A DNA stretch of 64,000 nt from positions 915,793 to 979,792 of the forward strand of contig ML996697.1 in assembly GCA_010356995.1 (NCBI GenBank), written 5' to 3'. Under the pieces are notes generated by a model. The model searched no databases. It had not been told where the DNA came from and saw only the letters and a program-made list of their open reading frames with translations. This DNA comes from Trichodelitschia bisporula (taxonomy: Eukaryota). Each line of letters opens with the position of its first letter. Positions within the stretch are counted from its first letter, which is position 1. The position numbers and the translations under genes are program-made. Below, one piece after another: positions 26,091 through 38,342 of this stretch.

Positions 26091-27830
26091 TCAGGAGCTC
26101 GGCTCTTCACTCGAGCTCGGCTTTTGTGCGATGTGCTCAGGATGCTCCCGATGGGACGGAGTGATCGGTCTGGTAATACGCGGTACCGGTATAGTCTGAA
26201 CCGGCCTGCTCAGAAGCGACTCACGCGGGAGCACCCCGGGCGGAGGTGGTCCGAATGGCCCGTCTCCGGCCATTAAAAGCCAATTCGAAGTTGTCTTAGG
26301 CTGTACGTTTTGCACCGGCTCGAGCTGGAATGTCTCGGTCTCAAGCGGTCCAGGATGCAAGTTTGTGGGCTTCAAAGGACTACGAGGACTTAATATGATT
26401 TGAAACCAAGCACCATGAGGGCTATATTGGAACACGAAAAGAGAGTCTCAAAAGCTTACAGGTCCAACCCAAACAAATCCTCGTCGCTGAACAACCCGGC
26501 CGGTGCTGTCGCTGTGAGACTAGAGTTCCTCTCAGACCCACGTTGTGCGGCAGCTTCGGCTAAGGCGGGCTGGCTGGTGGTACCGGTTGGTGGTACTGGT
26601 AGTGCTAGTTGGGGTGCCTGCTGTGGTGTTGGGGAGAGCTTGCGCTTTTTCTACTTTGCGTTAGTATCTGTGGGATATATTAGGATCGAGCATACACTCA
26701 TTAGGGCTCTCCATTACTCCTGCGACCCTGCTCTGCGGGCCGGACCCGTATGACCTCGGGAACGGATTGGAGCCGTAAGTCATCTGGGGCGGAGCGGAGC
26801 CAAAATGCGTCGTAGACGGAACCGGACCGAAAGCCATCTGTGACAGGGCGGAGCCGCGAGACAGATGGGACGGAGGAAAGCCGCAAGACAGATGGGACGG
26901 AGCAGAGCCACGAGATATCTGTGACGGAGCAGAGCCGCGAGACATCTGTAACGGAGCAGAGCCGCGAGACATCTGTGACGGCTCGCGCACATCAGGCTCC
27001 AGGACAGATACGACGACGCGAATGCGCCCCAGCGTCCATGCCTTCGTTTGAATCCACTGCCGCGCCATATCCCAGTGCGCAGCGCTCGCGATTCTCTGAA
27101 GTCCCTCCGTATGGGCATAAACGAAGCACTCCACAGTGGTAAAATCCCGTGTGTCCATTATGATGCCGACCCCGTAGTTTATCACGGCGTACAGGTACGC
27201 GTAGTTCAGTAGATATCCGGAACTTTGATCTAGCAGGCGCAGGTCGACGCGGCCTTTGCGTACAAAGACGATTTCAGTCTCACTACTGCCGGAGATTGGG
27301 AAGGACTGAAAATCTGTGCCGGTGGGCGCCCTGGTGCAGGGCAGGTTGAAGATCGTGGAAGGAATAGGTTGCTGCGCCATCGTGCTTGGAGAAGCCTGTG
27401 CTCTGGCAAATGTGGGAGCAGGCCGTGGACCGGTTGTGATGTGCGCGGACAGCGGCGTCTGGGGGTGTTAGTGACTGACTTAAACCTCATTCTTCCTGGA
27501 GACGTGGAACAAGACTCCTCCTGGAGAGGAGGGAAACTCATTTTCTCTTGGGGACGGGGAACAAAATATGTGATGGAGATATGGGAACAAGCTTCCTCAT
27601 AGAAATGAGGCAATGAATATCTTCCGGGAGGTGAAGGCTGAACGCCTGTCGGTATACGTACCCCTCGGAAGATATTGCGACGGCCGTCCAACGATATTGC
27701 TGGGAGCAGCGCAAGCAGAGGAGACAGGCTTAATCTTTGTTGGTAAGGGAGATTGCACCAAGAGCCTAACCCAGGACTGTTCCATGCATGAGGGCCTGTA
27801 GAGTCAGTTTGGAAATTTTTGGGTTGAGCT
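26091..27830 (-). CDS. Hypothetical orphan gene, copy 2 of the tandem pair (core ORF 26661-27380; exon structure uncertain)
   Basis: 239-aa ORF with MARQWIQTKAWTLGRIRVVV. Downstream blocks KKRKL..AEAAAQRGSE and LFGLDL|intron|PHGAWFQIILSPRSPLKP are homologous to copy 1. Confidence 0.45.
26830..26982 (-). repeat. 27-bp coding minisatellite (SQMSRGSAP-like unit, about 5-6 copies)
   Basis: Repeated ACGGAGCAGAGCCGCGAGACATCTGT(A/G) units; translation SQMSRGSAP LQMSRGSAP SQISRGSAP SHLSCGFPP SHLSRGSAL. Confidence 0.85.
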
Positions 27831-28849
27831 TGCCACATGCAACAGGCTACGGTGTAAGCAGAAGACTCAGGTAAGGACAAACGGAGGAGGAGGGAAAGAG
27901 ACGCTCAAGACCAAATATTTGATACCCGTATCCTCCTGTGCTCCTTCCGTTCTCTCATGCACACATTATACTATGTCCAGCCTATTACTTCCGGACATAA
28001 CAATGCTCCTACCTTGTCACAGATGGAGCACTCTACAGTCCCGGGGCATTCCTTAGAAGGGGCTCGGTAGACTTTGGGTTTCTTGTAGCCTCAGGACGAA
28101 TGAAGAAGTATGCGGTTTGGTCTTTTTGATAGAGAAGAGTGGTGCAAATATGAGGTTTCGGGTCGTCGGCAGGTGAGAACGCTCATGAAACTTCCGCGAA
28201 GAATACCTGAATACCATGAGGCCGTACCTTCGGTTAGAGGTGAGCTCAGAAACACCATGAAGCTCACATGCTGTGAGTGTAACGCACAGTTGCTCATTGC
28301 CGGCCATGACGAGCATCTATATTTTTTTGAACAGAGCTTTGTGTGCAATAGCCTTCGTGACCTGAGGTGTGTTGCTTTGGATGGGAGACGTGTAAACAGG
28401 TACAGAGTAAAAGCCTTGAAAAGGACAGAGAACAAGCAAAGGGAGCTGCGGAGGCGGTCGACTCAATAGTTCTACAACGTTGGGCTTGTGAAGTTTTCTC
28501 TTGATGGGTGCATCATGTTCGGGATCTCCATGTCGGGGTCTCCGGGTCTGGGCCCTTTCCTAAGGTCCAATACTCATACCCAATACTGACGTCATGAGAG
28601 CTGGAGCAGACGATCATCCAGTTATCAGATTTCACGGGCAACCAGCAGCTTACGTGCACTCAGAATGTTAATAGTGTTTCATTGATGCCTTGTTTATTCC
28701 AATGTACAAGATACAATCGCCTCGGTCGCGGTGGAACCTCAGCCGCATTGGAAGTCTGTGCTGCAGTGACAGCCGCAGAGACAAGGTCATGAGCTTGGAT
28801 TTCTTCTTGATTGGTGACTGCTCGTCGTATAGCTGCTCCTCAGGAACCT

Positions 28850-31800
28850 TCTCACTGGATATATACCCTCGACACCAACTTGACTGATTGCTTCAGAAGC
28901 GGCGTTGACGGCTTCCTGATCGTCGATGAGGTCCTGCCTCCATCCCGCCGAGCACCTTCTGGATGGCACGCCGAGCCGCAGCCGCCAGAGTCGCATGAGG
29001 ACGAGGGACTCTGTAATGTTTGGCGGATAAAGCTTTCAGCGAAATATAGAATCCTAAGGCCGTTCAGGAAGTCATGCCACCAACAACACCCACGAGGCCA
29101 TTTGTCGACATGATAGTTCATACCATAGGAGCAGCCGGAGCTGTCGTCCTGGGCGGCGTTGGCGGCGGTGATGGGAATGCGTCCTCCATCACAATGTCTC
29201 CCGCGCTGACTGGCTTCTGAACCGGCGGCTGAGTCGTAGCCTTGGACCAGAGGAGGACATTTGAGCCAGGCGCGTCGATCATCTCCAGCTCGGGCGAAGC
29301 TGGAGCGAGGACGGCCTGATCCCGAATATAATACTTAGGGCCACGGGTATGTGTATATATGTAGCGTATGAGACTGCATCTCCGTTAGCGTCTGTGCCGG
29401 TGAGGATGGAGCGGTGTTGGAACTTACTTGTGCACGAGCGCGCTTCGCTCAGGAGTATAGAGAATGAAGAATAGCCCCGCAAATGGTCACACCTTCCATG
29501 GGTAGAAGGATGCTGCCGTTGTTGGCCTCGAGTTCGATTGCCGCGTGGGTGTATACAAGCTTGATGAGGTCCTCGAACACCTCGTAATGGCCAGCCGGGC
29601 GAGTAAAGAATTATCTCGTTCTGGCGCTGCAATGAAGTCTCTACGTTATGAGACCTCAGTAAGTATATAGGCTTCAGTCCCTTCAAACCACCCCGACAAT
29701 GATTTGTGTTTGTCGGCGTAGAAAGTTTGGACAGAGGCAGAGCCCGTTCGCGAGAGTGAACTCGAGTATATATGCATGCCACCGTATAGGCTTTCTCAAA
29801 AGGCTTTATACTGTTCGCAGTTGTGGCTTCCAGATCAGTGGCGGGGACAGGATCCGGTCTAACCCTCAATAGAGGATGCTTTGCAGGTTGGCGGATTTTG
29901 AGGGACTTGTTCAGTGGAGTGTTGTGCACTCTTTTGTGAGGACGTGGTGGAAGATGGATTGTGCCAGCACTGCAATATGGGTACAACTGTTGCAGCGGTT
30001 TGGTCTCTCACCGAGTGCCATGGTCGACGATGCGTAGATTGTTCTTGATGCCGGAAGACGCACCCGCCCACGCCAGTGGCATGGCAAGGCGAGCGACGAT
30101 ACACGGCCGTACCGCGCATATATATGGTGTATGGCTAAGCATTCGTTAGCGTCTTCACCGGTGAGCATTAAGCAAAGTCGGAACCTACCGGTATAATAAC
30201 CGCGCTGTCCGACGGCGCGCTAGGCCATGAGGTAGTTGGCGCTACGGATCAGGTGAAGCCAACCACATTTTCTCGAGGACAGCTATGATATTTTTGCCCC
30301 GCCCATGGGCCGATGTAACCCAGGATCAAGGTCAATTCGAGCCGAGTGCAAAAAGACCCTACTGAGAATGGCAAAGATGATGGGCAGGCAGCGGCGCGAT
30401 GTATCGCTTCATTCGCCCCGGCATTCCTGATAGTGGGGAAATTCTTGATTTCGGCCGTGGAAGGCGAAGTATACAGTGCGAGCCGAGAGAAATTGATGAA
30501 GTTTGCAATAAGGAGCCATTGTGTTCGCCGCTCGTATATAGCCTCCAGTTCTCACAGCATACGTGCACTCCACCGGCCGAGATAACCAGCTCAAGAACCC
30601 AAACCCAGCAGCCGCAATCACCCAACATCCGAAAGAGATTGTTCGCAGCCGCAATCGAATCCGATCTTGGTAGCTTTTGTTTGCTTCCTTGGCCTGTTGC
30701 TCCGGCTTCGTGCTCACGATTGCTGAAGAGATTTTGGAGCTTGGGGGAGACAAGGTACGTCTGGACTCCACCAGCCTAGATCTTAAGATGATAAGCGTGC
30801 GGCTAGGGGCTGTTAGCATACCTCCGACGTTGTCATTCGTTAGGGTGACTTGCCGTATATATAATTAGACCCGAAGCCTAGTGATCTTACTATGATCAGG
30901 ATCATAGAAGCCAGTAAAGACTGAAACGTCCTCTTCAACGATCCCATCGTCAGCCATTTCGGCGAGCACCTATATGACGGCAAGCCCGTGAATTGAATGT
31001 CCATCAAGGCCAGAAATAATTCATGAGAATGAGGCCGTCAGAGAACCCGGCCGGCAGGCTTAGCGTCATATATCCGGTATCCACGGAAGAGGCAGGCAGT
31101 GAGGAGTTTTTGAAGATGGTGCCGCCCACAGATGAGGTCGTTCCGCAAATCCGCGCAGCCTTCGCTTCGGGCGCCTCTGGCTCTATATAACTGGGGTTTT
31201 CTTGATGGCCGGCTTCTCCGACGCAAGCTTGCGCGGAAAGCCGGGGTTGAGCCGAATGTGGACGCTGAAGCCGAACGGCCGTGGATGCAGAGTCCGAAGG
31301 GGACGTGGATGCGGTAGCGGGATTTGAGGTGGACGGGGCGCCGAGGGCCAATTCGTAACCTGGGCTCAAGATGAAGGTGAGGTTGTGTGGGACGTATAAA
31401 GGCGTCTTCTCCGGGGTATGAGAAGCTCCGCCGCTCCGGACATCAGTGGAGGGTGGGAATAGCTTGACTTTCCGGATATACCCCTCCATTGCGATGTCGG
31501 TGCAGCGTGTTGAAGGAAGTATAGCGGGTGTTAGGCGTTGTGCTATCGATATCGTAAGGGTATAGGAAGTATAGTCCTGCCGCATTCATTAGTTGAGAAC
31601 ATCGAAGGAAGCACCCGTATTCTTACCTGCCGAGGAGGCGGGAGAAGCATCTTGGGCGACTCAAAGGACCAGTCCATTGCATTTGGGTCGGTCGTACTGC
31701 TAGCGGAGTTGCGGCTCCTCCGTACTCCCCCGGCAAATATATACCCATCCACGAGGGAGTTGCGGGCCATGTATATCAATGCTACCAGACCCGATCAGGA

Positions 31801-32300
31801 TCTCAAGCTGCAATGGCTAGCGGCTGTCAGCAAATCTCCTACGTCGACGTCCGTTGGGCAACTTACGGCGTTTCCATGGGTCTGGTAGTCATTCCCGCCG
31901 TGCTCGCCTTCCTCATCCGCTACTTTATAAGCCGCGACGGCCGCTTTCTCCGCATTACATTAAGCGCTTCCAGGAGAATGCAGCGCGCTATAGCCGGCGA
32001 GTGACAGAACGACGGGTACGGCGCACAGCGCGCTTGATCGTTTTTCGGTGTTGTCGGGTTGGTCGAGCCAGCCGCCGGGTTCGAGGAGAAAAAGAGTTGC
32101 TGAGGGCCGGCTTCGCTGTCGGCACCATCGAGGACTGCTTCATCTTTTTGTCGCTTTTTGGCGCGGTTGGTGGGCCTGGTCCGGAAGGAAAACGGGTGAA
32201 GATTGGGAAATGAAGGCCATTTTGATGGTGGCGTCGAGTTGTGTGGAGACGGTGGTGGTAAAGGTGTCAGTGGTGCTTGCTGTGGACCTGACGGTGCTAG
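28850..32300 (-). pseudogene. Degenerate multi-exon gene relic of unknown family (boundaries approximate)
   Basis: Well-formed introns at 31817-31866 (GTAAGT..GCTGAC..TAG), 31577-31626 (GTAAGA..ACTAAT..CAG) and 30135-30188. The spliced frame contains TAG (31922-31920), TGA (31797-31795) and TGA at 31004. Confidence 0.5.
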
Positions 32301-33334
32301 AGGACAGGTGCTAGAGCCGGGACGAGCACCCCATCAATACGAGGGAAATAACGGCAGACCCGATTTCGACGGGGCAGAACAGGAGGATCTTCATGAGCAG
32401 TGATCTCGTCCTCCAGGAACTGGGCGGCAACTTGACTCCACCTTGGCTCTCCTCATCCGCGGACTCTTACCCATCAGTGGTTTTCGCCGTCCCGCATATA
32501 TCGGTATAAGAAGAGCTACATGGGAGGGAATATTTTGACGTTTAGAAATAATGATTGATGTGTGGATGTGTTGATGTGCGGTTGTGTTGATGTGTGGGTG
32601 TTGTGGATGTGGGGATGTCGTGGAATATGGTGGATGTGTGGAAGTGTGATTGTATGAATGTGTGTGGATGCAGGTTTAGGTTTTGGAGCGCGAGGCTGTG
32701 GAGGTCAAGGCGAGGTTGGGTGACTGGGCGCGGGCGGAAAACAGTTAATCCGGGTGATGGCACGGGCCTCCTTCACCATTCATGGGGAGTGGAGGAAGAA
32801 GCGAGGCTGAAGTTGCTGCCCTGTGGCGGTGCCCGGTGGGTGGCTGAGAATGTAGAAAGTGTGGGGAGGATTGGTGGTGATGGAAGGTCTAGGTGGTGAT
32901 TATTCACGAGGCGAGGAATTTCACGTCACTAAATCGCATCACGGGAGATTGGTGACGGTGTTCTGTGATCGCGCTGTGTATAAGGCATGAAAATGTTGTT
33001 GGAGTACGTCCATGGCATATTTCTGAGTTCGAGATATCAAGAAGCAGTCGTGATATTGTAGGAAGATTTCAGCCAAAGTGACATTTCGTCAGTGTCTCAG
33101 CATTAGACTTGGTCAATTGCACCATTTGGACATGGAAACCAGGGCAGGATACCCCATAGTAACGCGACATCAATTCTAGTCCACCTCCATCCAATTCCCT
33201 ACATCGTGAGGTACAGCCTCCACTGAACCCATATTCAAAACACCAGACAACCCGAAACACCAGGTATCGTGAGCACATATCCCAGATCATCATCACTATC
33301 ATCGCCCTATGCCGGATCCCACCAATCTTACATC

Positions 33335-34573
33335 TCAAAACCCATCGCCCTCCCTCCACACCCTCCCCGCCATCCTCGCCCTCACCCTCGGATCTTCCCC
33401 CCTCTTCAAAGCCTTCTCTCGTTCGTAATCGAGCCATTTCCACCCATCTTCAACCCTCTTCTTTACTTCCTCCACTTTCCCCTTCTCTGGCCTCGGCAAA
33501 GAACCCGCCTTCCTCCCCTCCCCCATCCTCAACCACTCCTCCCTACCCGTTTCAATAACCCCCCAAGCCAGCAACTCCCACTCATCCCGGCGGACATAAT
33601 ACCTCATCTCAAACCACTTCTGAAAGCTCCCCTCATCCTCCCAACATAACCCATACCCATCACAATAACACTCATGCATACCAGGACAATACACGCCCAC
33701 ACCGCGCCAAACCCACTGCCACGCATACTCCAGCACCCGCCCCGAAACACCGTCCTCTAACTCCGTCTTCAGAAGCCAGTCCCTTATCCCCTCATACCGC
33801 CCCCTCTCCACCATCTTCAACCGTTCCCCACTAACCGCAAACTGCGCACAACACGCCTGCCCCAGTACCTCCGGCACCCGCTCACCAGGGAACATCTCCC
33901 CCCACGCCCCCGCCACATACCCCTCCTCCCCCTTCTCCCCCCCACCATCCCCACCACCCCCACCAGCATTCTCCACCGGCCTCAACCACCCCGGACACCC
34001 CGGATACCACTGACACCTGAGGTTAACGTACCCCTCCCTGACGACCCTCCTCCTCCTAATCAACTTCAACATCTCAACCACATCCCCATGCAACGCATCA
34101 TTATTATGCCACGCAAAGCGGCTCGCGTGCGTGAAGACCACAATATCCGGGAAACCCACCTCATAGTTATCCAGGATGTACGTCAGATACGCCATCGCCT
34201 CTCTCCCCTTATTCTTCAGCACCCGATGTTCATCCCGCCCCAACTTCTCACCCTCCGGGGCATCAACGACATAAACCGCCTTCTTAACCCCGGGGACTAA
34301 GTCCAACCAGGACACATCCTCACTCTTCAGCCGCGGCACCACTACGGTGACAGAGTAATTCCCCTCGCCCTTCCCATCAACCTTGCCAGGCGGGTATATC
34401 GAGCCCGTGAGTTCGGGCGGCGCGGCAGCGGGCGCGGCGTGTAGGGAGGCGAGTTCTGCATCCAGGATCCCGCGGCCGAAGGAGTAGATTTGAGGGGGTG
34501 GGCGGTGGTAGAAATATGCCAGGAGGAGGAGAGGTGGGAGGAGGAGCAGGAGGCGGCGGCGGGGGAGAGGCAT
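33335..34573 (-). CDS. DUF3431 family protein with N-terminal signal anchor (type II membrane, glycosyltransferase-like topology)
   Basis: Motifs NKGREAMAYLTYILDNY, PDIVVFTHASRFAWHND, GYVNLRCQWYPGCP, CCAQFAVS, SGRVLEYAWQWVW and CYCDGYGLC; RRRLLLLLPPLLLLAYFY at the N-terminus. Confidence 0.9.
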   Translation of the reverse strand: MPLPRRRLLLLLPPLLLLAYFYHRPPPQIYSFGRGILDAELASLHAAPAAAPPELTGSIYPPGKVDGKGEGNYSVTVVVPRLKSEDVSWLDLVPGVKKAVYVVDAPEGEKLGRDEHRVLKNKGREAMAYLTYILDNYEVGFPDIVVFTHASRFAWHNNDALHGDVVEMLKLIRRRRVVREGYVNLRCQWYPGCPGWLRPVENAGGGGGDGGGEKGEEGYVAGAWGEMFPGERVPEVLGQACCAQFAVSGERLKMVERGRYEGIRDWLLKTELEDGVSGRVLEYAWQWVWRGVGVYCPGMHECYCDGYGLCWEDEGSFQKWFEMRYYVRRDEWELLAWGVIETGREEWLRMGEGRKAGSLPRPEKGKVEEVKKRVEDGWKWLDYEREKALKRGEDPRVRARMAGRVWREGDGF

Positions 34574-36392
34574 TGTGCGTTGGAGGGACGGTGGGAGAAG
34601 TAGTTTGTAGGATGTGGAGGGTATTCTAGTCCATTAGTTACTGTATCGCCGTAGGTGAGCGGAAAGACGTACATGAAGCCATGCGACCGGCGCAAAGCAA
34701 AGCGCGATTGTGTCTTTCAGCTAGCGCAGCGCGCGTCAACAAGCAAGCGGCAAACCACACAATCCAAGCGCAGCAAAGGAGCGTAAGGGTAGGATACGCG
34801 TGTAAGAATGAATGCAAAGGTCGCGATGTTGATGGCGATATGTACAGTTCCCAAGTGCGAGACCACAGTGACGTGGGACGCGCACAGAACATCGCCTCCC
34901 CCACAGAACACCGCGCCAAGTCTCCGCACCTCCGCAACCGCAACGCCGCCAGATCGCACGTTGAGCCTCAACGCCACGGCCCAATCGTCAACTCTTGACA
35001 TCACGACAGGCGAATCGCAGGGGAACCCCAGTTGTCGATACTTAGGGCAGCGAATAAACGCGTGGGCGGCACAGTCACTTCACACAAGATAGATTGAGAT
35101 AGGCGCAAAATCGTTCGCAGAGCGAGGGTTCTATATTACTTGCTTGTTTACGGAGCGCGGATCTGAGATACAGCTTGTTTTCTCGAGGCGAGCGGCCACG
35201 GCCCCGATGCTTACTGGACGAAGTGCTATACAGGCGTATATGGCTGGAAAAGCTGCCGTCTGGTGCTTGAAGGTACAGTCCATACAGTTGAGATATGCGA
35301 CTTCCGAGAGCGGCTGGACGAAGCTCGAGATGTGCGCAGCTACGATATGGGATCACATGCAGACAGGGGACGAAGTTTACAGAAAACTATTAACAGTTCG
35401 ACTTACCTAGACTCACCAAAGACGGGCCATTGAGCAGCAACTAAGTGCAGCTCGATAACCCCACCAGGCATATCTCGACAACAAACTGATTGTTGCTGCG
35501 CCTTGAGTCGTTAACCCTCTGTTCTGCGAAGCCCGAATACCAAAGGCGTCGATGGTAGGCAGTCGCGCTCCCATCCACGGCAAGCCTGGCCCTAGTCAGT
35601 TCCACCCATGAAGGAGAAAGAGCACACTCGTTACCACCACATCGGGACGTAGATCAGCTACGAGCGCTGAAACAACACTCGCCGTGTTCCACGCAGCACT
35701 TCTGCCGCTGATTAAATAGATGGGCGATAACGTCGATACGTCGATTACGTCGATCAGTTGCTACGTCGAACAGTCGCACCCGGAACATGTCGCACGTCGT
35801 CACAGGCGAAAGTTGCCGAAATGGCGCATGCCGAACAGGTGGTTGCGCGAAAGTTGTTTATGAAACTGCCGCGCGGCGCACGAGGATTTGCATTTGCTTA
35901 AGGCGACAGAGGGCGACAGAGGGCGACAAGGAAAATGGTGAACAGTGTCGAACTTTTGCCGACTTGCTGGATGGGGGGAATAATGGAGTTGGGGAAGTTG
36001 CCGAAGCCACAGCGAACAGTGATAGTAGTACAATTTTAAGTCGAGCCAGAGACGGTCAGCCGAGCCGCCTTGATAATCCGTTTGCCCAGAGCCGAAATGT
36101 CAATCGAAGAGTTGCCCAATGAAACAAACCGTTGGAATCCCGTCGCGCCGTTCGTGAAATGGCCCGGACTTGGACTGTCTTGCTGCTTCAACCGGGTGAG
36201 AGTGTCGCCCGAAGATTGTAGAATTATCCGTATCATTCCCCAGCTCAACCGCAAAGAGCACGATGAAAGGAAAATGTGTCAAAGAAAACTAGTCGAGAAA
36301 GGCGTTTTTGATCCGACCCCCAAGCGATTGTACTGAGCCGAAGAGCTGCGAGCTCAAGTGCGCTTGGAATCTGAGGGAGTCAGTTGCGGGAT

Positions 36393-37525
36393 TCAGCGAC
36401 GCGAGTATCTGTCGTCACCCCTATCGTCGTAGGTACGACCGCCGCTGCCACTGCCACCGCCACCGCCGGTGTAGGCCTCGCGACCCTCACGAGGAGCAGC
36501 ATCGGCACCACCACTGTACGACGCAGCGGCGCGATCCTCACGGGGGTAGGAACCGCCGCCGTAGCCACCACCACCGCCGCCGCCGCGAGGCTCGTCACGT
36601 CCACCACCGCCGCCGTAGCGGTCCTCGCGAGGTTCACGGTTGTCACGACCACCGGCGTAACGGTCGATACGGCTGCTGCTACCACCGTAGCCACCACCGC
36701 TGCTATTGTAGTCATCGCGCTCACGGTACCGACGACCGTAGCCACGGTCACGGTCATCGTAGCGGTCACCGTAGCGCGAGCCACGCGAGCCGCCACCGCC
36801 GCCATAGTAGTCGTCACGGCGGCCACCGTAGCCACGGCGGTCATCGAAGCGGTCGCGACCACCACCACGACGCACAGGGAAGTCGTCTGTCCTGGTCAGT
36901 CCTGTTGCTGATGCTGATGAGTCGTCCAAACCTTTCTTTGGTGGGCCATGGTATTTGCCTGGAGTCGGTGTGCGCGGGCGGTTGCGACGCGCCTTCTCGA
37001 TGCTCAGAGTGCGGCCTTCATAGTTCTGGCCGTGCAGCTCCGCAATGCAAGCGTCGGCCTGCTCGACAAGGGCGTACTTGACGAAGCCGAAGCCACGCGA
37101 GTCGCCCGAGTGAGGGTCACGCATGATGTGGCAGTTCTGCACCTCGCCATGCTTCTCGAAGAGACCAGACAGCTCCTGCTCCGAGACACGCGACGCGATA
37201 CCGGTGACGAAGAGGTTGGAGCCAGGGTTCTCGGCGCCCTCCTCTAGGTCGCCACGGTTACCACCACTGGCGAGTTAGCGACGCGTCGTACAGAGAGCAC
37301 AAAACTTACCGGTGATCTTGGTGCGAGCGGCTGGGCGACGCGCTGCGTTGACGCATGTCGCTATCATCGCGGCGGTCGCGACGGGGTGAGCGCGAGCGGT
37401 CACGGCCGTCACGATCGTAGTCGCGATGGTCATCACCGGCTATCTGATGAGCGGATGATGCATTGCGATGGGGTAATCTTACCGTCATAACCACGCGGCT
37501 CGGCGTCAAAGTCCATGGCACTCAT
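36393..37525 (-). CDS. Single-RRM SR-like RNA-binding protein (Tra2/SR45a-like); introns 37440-37482, 37267-37309 and probably 36887-36931
   Basis: N-terminal RSRSPRR; RNP2 NPGSNLFVTGI; RNP1 SRGFGFVKY; SIEKARRNRPRTPTPGKYHGPPK signature; RGG/RD-rich tail. Introns keep the frame. Confidence 0.9.
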
Positions 37526-38342
37526 GGCTGGTTTGCGAGTATTACAGAGGGAACGAGGGGCTAGATTGACAGGCAGGGGAAAACAGTGCGGAGAAAGGTG
37601 AATGGGGAGATGAAAAAGCGGGTGAATCTGGAGATGTGGTGATGGAAGGGGTGAAAGAGGAGGAGAGGGAGGTGTTTTTGTCGTAGCAGAAGAAGGCGAA
37701 GGAAAAGGCCTTGGCGCGCGTCGCAGGGCAAGGACCGGCCGCACGGACTCACCGCTTGGCCGCTTTCGGCTGTATTAGGGCTTGGCACAGCCACCTTCCT
37801 TTGGACGCGCGCGACTGGCTCCTCCTTCCCTCTGTGGGAGGAGTGGGAAGCTGCGACCGTGTCATGTGCCTTACCGTCCTCGCTGTGCACCAGGCATCTA
37901 CCTTTCCATCGCACTGGGATTTGGACGTCCGCGTCCATTGGCCAGCCTCGTTGAACAAGATGCAGGAAGTGAGGCCGCACCCGATGAAGGATACGGGGGC
38001 TCAGTCTGCAGTATGCACGATGTATGCACGCTAAAGTGCAAGGCGGAAAACATCAAGGGTTTATCTATCTGGCGGCTCAAGGCGTCGTTTTCGAAAAGAA
38101 TCAGGCTCGAGAAACTCGAGGATAAAGCACTCGAGAATGAAGAATATCCGAATTGACGAATGGGCAATGACACTGCCCGCTAACAGTACATTCCGAGTGA
38201 ATTGCGCCCTGGATGCTCTCAACGAGTAGGATCCGACTCCATAGTGTACATTCCCGCAAATAACCCCGCCGCAAACACCCGTATCCATACCGAAAGCATG
38301 CCGTAGCACATAACGCCCGCTCCCGTCAAAACACCTATCCCA

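Noticed and set aside
26830..26982. CRISPR-like array
   Set aside because: Units are contiguous with no unique spacers, the genome is eukaryotic, and it reads as a coding minisatellite.
17400..32600. Starship or other large mobile element
   Set aside because: No tyrosine-recombinase (DUF3435) captain, transposase, reverse transcriptase or boundary repeats could be recognised.
36308..37081. Plus-strand ORFs rich in His/Arg or Thr/Ala/Val
   Set aside because: Antisense shadows of the RGG/RD-rich RRM gene.
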